Source: Octopus sinensis
Lineage: Eukaryota
Reading direction: 5' to 3'
Assembly: GCF_006345805.1 (NCBI RefSeq)
Contig: NW_021824319.1
Span: 1-20,085 of the forward strand
DNA length: 20,085 nt
Below, in pieces: positions 11,708 to 20,085 of this stretch. Positions within the stretch are counted from its first letter, which is position 1. Every line of letters begins with the position of its first letter. The notes beneath the pieces were generated by a model. It saw only the letters and a program-made list of their open reading frames with translations. It was not told the origin of the DNA and ran no database searches. The position numbers and the translations under genes are program-made.

Positions 11708-11741
<34 letters not shown>

Positions 11742-11811
11742 GAATAATAATAATAATAATAATAATAATATGATAATAATGATAATAATAATAATAATAA
11801 TAATAATAATA

Positions 11812-11843
<32 letters not shown>

Positions 11844-11912
11844 CATAATAATAATAATAATAATAATGATGATGATAATAATAATAATAATAATAATGAT
11901 ATGATGATGATG

Positions 11913-11994
<82 letters not shown>

Positions 11995-12004
11995 TAATAA
12001 TAAT

Positions 12005-12076
<72 letters not shown>

Positions 12077-12108
12077 GATGATGATGTGATGATGATGATG
12101 ATGATAAT
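11694..12108. repeat. Long (TAA)n array with TGA/TAG variants (~415 bp)
   Basis: Directly visible. Source of the poly-N/I/L/Y ORFs in the track. Confidence 0.97.
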
Positions 12109-13039
12109 ACCGTGTTGCCACTGTTGAAACAGACGAAGAAGACCGGCGTCTTCAAAACTGAAAATTGTGTAACTAAAGAAGAAATGAACAAAAACAAGAA
12201 AAAGAATGGAAGGAAAAGAAAATGTATGGTCAGTTTGCAAGAGATGTGAACGCGAAGATAAAAAAGACTGCTGGCTATGGATGAGGAGGAATGATCTGAA
12301 GATAGAGACAGACACACTCGTATGCGCAGCACAGGAACAAGCGTTAAGGACCAATTATATGACGTGCAGAATTGACAACACTACCAATTGCGACAAATAC
12401 AGAATGTGCGGTGAGAGGGGCGAAACGGTATGGCACATTGTTAGCGAATGCTTGAAATTGGTACAAACGACGCCATGACAATATGGCAAGAATATTCCAT
12501 TGGAAGCTCTGAGGAAATCACGGCCTACAAAGAACAAAGACATGGTATGAGAAAACCTTAGGAGTCACCGAAAATGAGAATTGCAAAATCCTGTAGGATG
12601 CAGTGATAAAGTGCGATAACCCAACCAGACATCGGAAACCGGACATTGTTGTGGTGAATAAAAAACAAAGAACATGTATGATAATCAAAATAGCATGCCC
12701 CGGTGACAAAAGGGTCAGTGTGAAAGAAGGAAAAAATAAACAATTATGATGATTTAAAGTGGGAAACACGAAGGTTGTGGCCAATGAAGAGAGTAGACAT
12801 GATACAAATTGTAATTGGTGCACTTGTAAGTATCAGCACTCAAATGCCAACATGGCTGAAAAAGATCGGTGCAAGTGTGAATGTAGAACACCTACAAAAA
12901 TCAGCATTGCTTGGAACTGCAAGAATTCCTCGCAGGGTTCTTGAAGTATGACCAGTAAACAAGTGTCACTTTAGTTTGCTGGCTGTGGACTGGTGACGCT
13001 TTCCATCATACCCAGCAAAATAAGCTGTGAGTTTTCATA
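12109..13039 (+). mobile_element. R4/Dong-clade non-LTR retrotransposon, 5'-truncated 3' portion (CCHC + REL endonuclease), pseudogenised; piece A
   Basis: Joined frames give WKEKKMYG...AQEQALRT...YRMCGERGETVWHIVSEC (decayed CCHC), RHD, RHRKPDIVVV (PD nuclease), LQKSALLGTARI, stop 12949-12951, 3'UTR, then (TAA)n at 13040-13073. Confidence 0.9.
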
Positions 13040-13073
13040 TAATAACAATAATAATTAATAATAATAATAATAA

Positions 13074-14350
13074 AGCTTTAACATATATCCTCGTGGAGAA
13101 AATATACAAATTTAAAGAACAGGACTATTTTCCCCACTGAACAAAAAGGGTGCCGACGAGGCTCATATGGATGCAAAGACCAACTCTTAATCAATCGCAT
13201 GATCCTTGAGAACTGTCATAGCAAAAGCAGAAATCTCAGTTCTGCATGGATTGGTTATAAAAAGGCCTTCGACAGCATACCGCATTCATGGATCTTGAAA
13301 TCGCTGGATATCTTCAAAACATCTTTAATTTCTTACTTCATGAAGCACAACATGTCAAAGTGGAATATGAATCTCCAATTATAACACTCTAATGGAATAC
13401 TGACCAAAAAAAGTTTAATATCAACTGCGGCATTTTCCAAAGTGACTCACTTTTATCTTTAATCTTTTGCATAGCCCCAATACCCCCTACAACAAATGAA
13501 CTTAACAGAGCAGGGTATGGGTATAAAATTGTCAACATGAAAATAAGTCATCTGTTTTATATGGATGACTTAAAACTCTATGGCAAAAACGATAATGAGC
13601 TTGAAGGATTACTTTGTACTGGGAAGTTATTCAGTGATGACATCGGGATGGAATTTGGTTTTGATAAATGTACCAAAACCACTTTACAGAAAGGGAAATT
13701 GAAGAGTTCACATTCAGTGGTGCTGAGTGTTGACACAGTCATAAAAGAACTAGAGCAGGGACAAATTTACAAATATCTCGGAATAAATGAGGGCTCTGGC
13801 ATTCAGCATGCAAGCATGAAAGAGAAGATCAGGAAGGAATGTTACAAGAGAGTTCAAGCAGTCCGAGTTAAATGCACGTAACAAGATTTTAGTTATAAAT
13901 TCCTTAGCAGTTCCGGTTGTTATTTATAGTTTCAATGTGTTGAACTGGAATATGAGCGAAATAAAGAATATTGACAGGAAAATCCGTAAGCTGCTGACTT
14001 GCAATAAGACGCACCACCCAAAGGCAGACGCAGATCGTTTTTGCCTACCCAGAACTCAAGGAGGTCGTGACTTGATTCAATTTGAAATCTCTTTCAAAAC
14101 CACCACAAGTGGACTGGCCAAATATCTTGAAATATCTAACGACTGGATGCTAAAGCTCGTTGGAAACCACAAAAGACGTAAGAAGCTTCATTCTGTTATG
14201 AAGGAGAGCAAAATATTTTCTAGTGAGTTTATGCATAACACCCAGGTTGAACAGTATGATGGAAGTGCAGCAACTGTAGTTGCAAAGAAGGTGAAAAATG
14301 CTTTTGAACAATCGGCTGATATGTAGGAACAAAAACCTTTGCATGGCAAA
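13074..14350 (+). mobile_element. R4/Dong-clade LINE reverse transcriptase region, pseudogenised; piece B
   Basis: EQKGCRRGSYGCKDQL, YKKAFDSIPH, GIFQSDSL, HLFYMDDLKLY (YMDD at 13558-13569), FGFDKC, YKYLG, HPKADADRFCLPRTQGGR, ending KPLHGK. Stops and frameshifts present. Confidence 0.93.
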
Positions 14351-14822
14351 CAAGACTCTTCAGAAAAGATATAAATTTGGCATAGATAATTGTGCAATAT
14401 TAGTCATGAGAAGGGGACAGGTAGTCAACAGCGAAGGCATCCAATTACCAGATAGCCAAACATCAAAATCATTGAAAGGAAGAGAGAGTTATAAGTATCT
14501 AGGAGTATTAGAATCTGACAGAGTACTAACTACAGAAATGAAAATGAATATTGAAAAGGAGTACATCAGAAGGGTGAGGAAGCTAATGAAGTCAAATCTA
14601 AATGGCCCGAATCTAGTGAAGGCTGTAAATACATGGACAGTATAATTGCTTAGATAATCAACAGCTTTTGTAGATTAGACAAAAACTGAATTAGCAAAGC
14701 TAGACAGAAGATCTAGGAGCGAGTTCAATATGAATTGAGGACTCCAACCAAGGGTAGGAGTAGCAAGATTAGACTTACCTAGAAAGGATAGCAGAAGAGG
14801 GTTAGTATCAGTAGAAGAAATG
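14351..14822 (+). mobile_element. Second, divergent R4/Dong-clade RT C-terminal fragment; piece C
   Basis: FGIDNC, YKYLGV, EYIRRVRKLMKSNLNG, VARLDLPRKDSRRGL. Homologous to but clearly different from 13640-14080 of piece B. Confidence 0.85.
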
Positions 14823-14975
14823 ATGAAGAACAATAGAGGGAGAGAGATAGACAGAGGAGAACACCACGCATCCTTTTCCAAGTAAGTTTTATCTTAATAA
14901 TTATGATGCGCACTCTTCACCTTTACTATTTCTCCTCTGTCTATCTCTCTCCCCCTCTTGTTCTTCATCCTTTCT
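14816..14975. repeat. 46-bp inverted repeat (3 mismatches) with 68-bp spacer
   Basis: 14816-14861 is the reverse complement of 14930-14975. Confidence 0.9.
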
Positions 14976-15585
14976 GGTTTTCTCTCCTACCCTTCCCTAT
15001 TCTTCTCCTCTCCCCTTCACCGTTCCCTCTCTCTTACTCCTCCTCCTCCTCCTCCTCCTCCTCGATTCTCTCGTTACTGACACGTGATCAGAGGGAAGCC
15101 ATCTTCCAACTGCTATCTTCACCAAGACCAGACCGTTTGTCCTGTCTCTCTTATAAGCTGCCTCCATAAGCGTTCAGAATAATTTTTCCATTGTCTTGGC
15201 TTAACAACCCTCATCGTTTGTTTTTACTGTTATTTTCTTTGTTCTGTATTTTACTGTTTTTACTTTTATTGTTTTTACTGTCTTGCTTTGTTCTTACTGT
15301 CCTGTTCTTGTTATCATTTTTACCCCTCCGCAAAAAATCCCAAATTTGATTTAATTTGCTTTGCGGGAAAGACTGTTTCAACGAAGCCGCATCTTGTACT
15401 TACCTTCGTAATGCGGAGTAGATGAAACAGGGACAGCTGAAGAAGGGGAATATTCGTTGTGTTGTATGTCTTGTACTCTGTTTTTTCGTTGTTTGGAAAA
15501 AAAGTTCGTTTCCATGTTTTTATTTTTATGTTTTCGGTTCTCATTGTGTTCAAGGTTTTTTTCGTTTTTGATGTCCTGTACCCAT
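14862..15585. other. Unclassified pyrimidine-rich probable interspersed element with a structured segment
   Basis: Starts at a fold-back junction truncating LINE piece C. Contains hairpins at 15328-15430. No credible ORF. Class not determined. Confidence 0.35.
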
Positions 15586-15686
15586 ATATGCATATATATA
15601 TACATATAGATTTAGGTATGAACATATATGTATGTATATATGCATATATTTATATATTGCTTATATTATATATATATATATATATA

Positions 15687-16067
15687 GGCGCAGGAGTGGC
15701 TGTGTGGTAAGTAGCTTGTTTACCAACCCACATGGTTCCGGGTTCAGTCCCACTGCGTGGCACCTTGGGCAAGTGTCTTCTACTATAGCCTCGGGCCGAC
15801 CAAAGCCTTGTGAGTGGATTTGGTAGACGGAAACTGAAAGAAGCTCGTCGTATATATATGTATATATATATATGCGTGTGTGTGTTTGTGTGTCTGTGTT
15901 TATCCCCCTAGCATTGCTTGACAACCGATGCTGATGTGATTATGTCCCCGTTACTTAGCGGTTCGGCAAAAGTGACCGATAGAATAAGTACTGGGCTTAT
16001 AAAAGAATAAGTCCCGGTGCTCCAGCAGACCGCAGTCAAATGACTGAAACAAGTAAAAGAGTAAAGA

Positions 16068-16069
<2 letters not shown>
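15687..16069 (+). mobile_element. Family 1 SINE, full length
   Basis: A-box-like TGGCTGTGTGGT, B-box-like GGTTCAGTCCC, MIR/CORE-like CACCTTGGGCAAGTG, internal TA/TG tract, tail GTAAAAGAGTAAAGAGTA. Flanked by (TA)n on both sides. Confidence 0.93.
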
Positions 16070-16118
<49 letters not shown>

Positions 16119-16148
16119 TATATATATATACACATATATACATATATA

Positions 16149-16374
16149 TATTTCTTTACTGCCCACAAGGGGCTAAACATATAAGGGACGAACAAGGACA
16201 GACAAAGGGATTAAGTCGATTACATCGACCCCAGTGCGTAACTGGTACTTAATTTATCGACCCCGAAAGGATGAAAGGCAAAGTCGACCTCGGCGATTTT
16301 GAACCAAACTTAACGGCAGACGAAATACGGCTAAGCATTTCGCTGCGTGCTACGTTTCTGCCAGCTCGCCGCCA
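16149..16374 (-). mobile_element. Family 2 SINE, alternative-tail subfamily
   Basis: Reverse complement matches 3213-3449 from head (GGCGGCGAGCTGGCAGAA) to tail (TTGTGGGCAGTAAAGAAA). Confidence 0.9.
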
Positions 16375-16604
16375 TAATATATATATATAATACATATATA
16401 CATACTATACATACATATATACATGCATATATAAATGTATATATGCATTTTTAATACGCACACACATATATATGTATTGTGCAAATATATATATTATATA
16501 TTATATATATATATATATATTATATATATACTTAAAGATATTAATATTAGTAAATAATTATAGGTGGCTAGCAAGCATAAAACCGTAAAGGTAAAATATT
16601 AAAC

Positions 16605-16939
16605 TTATAATCAGGGTACAAGATAGTACCAGCATTGCTAGAAATAAGAGTCAAAATGATTCAAAAACCACAGTCATCACTAATACATACTGGTGAATTC
16701 GAGAAGTGAGTAAATAAAATAACCAAAATTACAAATAGCGAGTAAAAATTGCAAAAGAATTTGCAGATGTACTCATATCACGTGGTTTCGAACCCTCTGA
16801 TAAACACTTAGTTGTCTTCAGTGAGCATTGCTGCCGAGGGCTAAGGATAGTCGCGTCAACATGTGTGTATCGACCATTTGAATACAGAGGCAAATTCAAA
16901 AATGGTCGAAGCTGGCATTATCTTGTACCCTGATTATAA
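16605..16939 (-). mobile_element. ~335-bp segment bounded by 29-bp inverted repeats and containing a hammerhead-like motif (Penelope-like/retrozyme-like)
   Basis: 16605-16633 vs 16911-16939 are reverse complements with 2 mismatches. Internal hairpin at 16870-16909 and HHR motif at 16770-16827. Confidence 0.55.
16770..16827 (-). ncRNA. Type I hammerhead-like motif, canonical C3:G8 core, degenerate
   Basis: Minus strand: TGCTCA / CTGAAGA / CAACT..loop..GGTTC / GAA / ACC-ACGT-GAT / A / TGAGTA (6-bp stem I). Two single mismatches (10.1 and 16.2) separate it from a perfect fold. Confidence 0.65.
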
Positions 16940-17279
16940 ATATATGAAAAATAACGGTTTTTTAACCAACGCACACATTCGAAACCGCACACATCTGAGT
17001 CCGTCGTAGGTCAACCTACACGTTCAAATGTAACCCCATTTGGGGAAAATTGTCACCTGATGAAATACCTAATTAACCAGTTTCAATATGAAAATTTGAA
17101 TTAAATTCATTTAATTTAATTTCTGTAATTGAACTAATTGGGTATGGAAACGTCTTTTGGGCAGGAATTTCATTATATGGATTTGAATATCTTTGAGTAA
17201 ACTGATGTCTGCATGTCAATTTCTCAATTCTCTTCCTTTTCTCATTCATATATATATATATATTTGTGTGTAATGTGTG

Positions 17280-17332
<53 letters not shown>

Positions 17333-17404
17333 TATACTGAGAAGGAGAGAAAGAGAGTGTCAGACTAACAGGCAGATAGATAGAGTGAGAGAGAGAAAGG
17401 GAAG

Positions 17405-17490
17405 AAGCAACGCCACCACCGCCCCTGACGACGCTACCGCCACCGCACCACCGCCGCCGCCGCTGATGACGACGACGACGACGACGAATA
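17405..17490. repeat. GC-rich (CCA/CCG/GAC)n trinucleotide tract
   Basis: Directly visible. Confidence 0.85.
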
Positions 17491-17651
17491 TATGCAAATA
17501 TATCCATTTTCATTGATTGCAAAGTTACACAATTGACTTGAGGGGCGAGTTTTCTGAATTGCACTTACAAAGTACTTTGTTTCCTTAAGCCTATGTACAT
17601 TTATACACACACACACACACACACACACACGTATATGTATATACTCAACAC

Positions 17652-17687
<36 letters not shown>

Positions 17688-17703
17688 ATATATCAGTAAA
17701 TAT

Positions 17704-18003
17704 TTACTGTTCATAGGAAAGAAATGTTATATTATCAAGGACAACTTCTTTCCTGTTTTTCTTATTTTTCAGCGCTTGAGTTAATCCATCTAATGTGAAT
17801 TCGCCATCATTGAAGTCAATCTCATGTTTAATAGCAACTTCATAAGAACCTATCTGAAACTGCTGTGGAGCTACTAGGAAGGTTCTGGGGATCCTTCCAC
17901 TTGTTTTGCTGTTCCTGCTGCGTTGTGGCTTTCAGCTCTTGCTTTTATTAGTTCTCTTTTCCTGACACCGATTTCATTGCTGATATAAGATGATACCACT
18001 GCG
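17704..18003 (-). pseudogene. Highly decayed LINE fragment, region just upstream of the RT domain
   Basis: Minus frames give KWKDPQNL and DFNDGEFTLDGLTQALKNKKNRKEVVLDNI, resembling the W..HF..LL and FT..EL..ALK.LKN.KA.G.D.I motifs of APE-type LINE ORF2. Frameshifted. Confidence 0.5.
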
Positions 18004-19269
18004 GATTGTTTGTTTGTTTGCTTGGTCTGACATGCGCAGTCAAATCTATTTTCAAAGCAAAATATTTCTGTTGTTCAATTTTTGACTTTAAGTATTACGT
18101 CAACATTCAGTCGTATCAATATCACTCACATTCACACAGCCACTCTCATATGCACTCATTTCTCCACCATTACGCACATACACATACACCAACACAAACA
18201 CACGTTGGCACGCAACTGCTCACACACACACACACAAACTCATTATTACCCTATCATACACACATATTTACACACACTGAAATACATTCTCTTATGCATA
18301 TTAGCACAATACACTTATATGCATTGGTACACAATCTCCTACACACACATACACAAACACATACGTATACTCACAACAACTCCTCTGCTTAACTTCTGCA
18401 AAGAATTTCCGAGATTAGTCCGCCATTTTGCTCGCTCTTCTCTGCTAGAAACTATCAACGCTACATACTTCCTAGCTGCTGTTCGACATGCTTTTCCCCC
18501 AATAACCGCCCATTGTTTTTGTCCCCCCTTTTTTTCCTCTATTTTGACAAAGGGCAATTGTCCGAAGCGTTGATCTCTCTTTTTTCCCTCTCTGTGTCTC
18601 CCTTCTCTTTCGTTTATAGCGTAATACATTGGCATTGTAATCTTTGTTGTTCTCCTGTGTCTTTTATTTCTTGTACTCGCTCTTCTTGCTCAGAATTTAT
18701 TTTGGATATGTATATACATGCTCAACAAATGTATCGAAAGCATCTAAACATACCACATTCACATAGATATACACAAATACGATAATAAAGCCATCCTTTT
18801 ACACACACATTCTTCACGAATATATCCTCTCCCTTCCCTTACTCTTCCCCTCTCCCTACCTCTATCTATTTGTCTGTCTCTCTCTCTCTATGTCTCTGTC
18901 TCTGGGCTTCTCTCTCTCTTTCTCATACTGACAGCATATTCCCAAAATGTATCTAAAAATTCAACAATAATTCTATTCTATCATAATACACAGACATAAA
19001 CGCACACTCAAATATACACACATGCATGCATATGCATATACACATATACTGATGCTAATACACACACACATACATATATATGAATATGCTTACGCACATA
19101 CAAGTGCAGCCGAACCCAACAACGCACACAGACATATAAAACACATGCATATATATATAATTACATGCTTGTGTGGTCGGACGTGCTGGCATGTGTGGAA
19201 GCAAAACGATTGTGAAACAGTTATATATATACACATAATACCTATATATATATGTGTGTGTGTGTTGTG

Positions 19270-19568
19270 TGTGGTGTGTGTGTACACATATACCCATATA
19301 CGTATGTATATATGTGCATATACATATATATATATATATGCTCATACATATATAAAACATATATATAATGTATACATACATATATTTGTACGTAGGGATG
19401 TATATGTGTGTGTGTACACACATGCCCATATACGTATGTATATATGTGCATATACATATATATATATATGCTCATACATATATAAAACATATATATAATG
19501 AATACACACATATATTTGTACGTATGGATGTATATGTGTGTGTGTACACACATATGCCCATATACGTA

Positions 19569-19599
<31 letters not shown>

Positions 19600-19674
19600 T
19601 ATATATATGCTCATATTTGTACGTATGTATGTATATGTGTGTATACACATATATACCCATATACGTATACATAC

Positions 19675-19715
<41 letters not shown>

Positions 19716-19800
19716 GATATATATATCATATATATATTATTATATAAATAAAGCACACATATATAATGTATACACACATATATTTGTACGTATATATGTA
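19270..19800. repeat. Higher-order ~132-bp minisatellite built from microsatellite blocks
   Basis: CCCATATACG anchor at 19293, 19425, 19557 (period 132) and 19656 (short unit), plus a partial unit near 19750-19800. Confidence 0.85.
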
Positions 19801-19826
19801 TGTGTGTGTGTGTGTGTGTATGCGGT

Positions 19827-19862
<36 letters not shown>

Positions 19863-19950
19863 GAATAAATAGACAGAAAAACACTATACAGAAATAAAAG
19901 GACAAAATAAAAACGATACAAAATGAGACAGAAAATAAAAGTGGTCATGT

Positions 19951-19986
<36 letters not shown>

Positions 19987-19988
19987 CA

Positions 19989-20023
<35 letters not shown>

Positions 20024-20085
20024 TGTCTTTGTGCATGTGCTGTGTGTATGTGTGTGTGCGTGTATGTGTGCACGAGGGCGTAGCG

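Noticed and set aside
15437-15500. CTGAAGA followed by a distant GAAA
   Set aside because: No stem II or stem I partner in the required order. A twister fit also failed because the helix order is wrong.
17050-17110. CTGATGA...GAAA resembling a fourth hammerhead
   Set aside because: Stem I, stem II and helix III cannot be formed.
17748-17800. Strong-looking 3' splice acceptor (polypyrimidine + CAG)
   Set aside because: All three frames stop within a few codons, and the region is better explained as the antisense of an A-rich LINE remnant.
18418-18430. CCGCCATTTTG, a YY1/Pho-like site
   Set aside because: Single short motif with no promoter context or associated gene.

Overview
Repeat-saturated, AT-rich animal genomic DNA. 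I infer an octopus-type cephalopod from recalled SINE families, without a database search. No host protein-coding gene is supported: nearly all ORFs in the track are translated microsatellites or antisense frames of transposon relics. Supported content: (1) copies of two tRNA-derived SINE families, including a nested insertion with a 12-bp TSD and a copy with four tandem 5' heads; (2) a dead D,D34D mariner transposase; (3) four R4/Dong-type REL-endonuclease LINE pieces packed into (TAA)n arrays at 11.4-14.8 kb; (4) a ~590-bp inverted duplication built by multi-step template switching, and a 1.34-kb tandem duplication that may be an assembly artefact; (5) three minus-strand minimal type I hammerhead-ribozyme-like motifs with short or palindromic helix III, each with a different position 3:8 pair (G3:C8, U3:A8, C3:G8). 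Two of the three lie at or inside fold-back/inverted-repeat structures, which suggests non-autonomous Penelope-like/retrozyme elements with non-canonical cores. Ribozyme activity is untested, and each copy has at least one core-adjacent defect.
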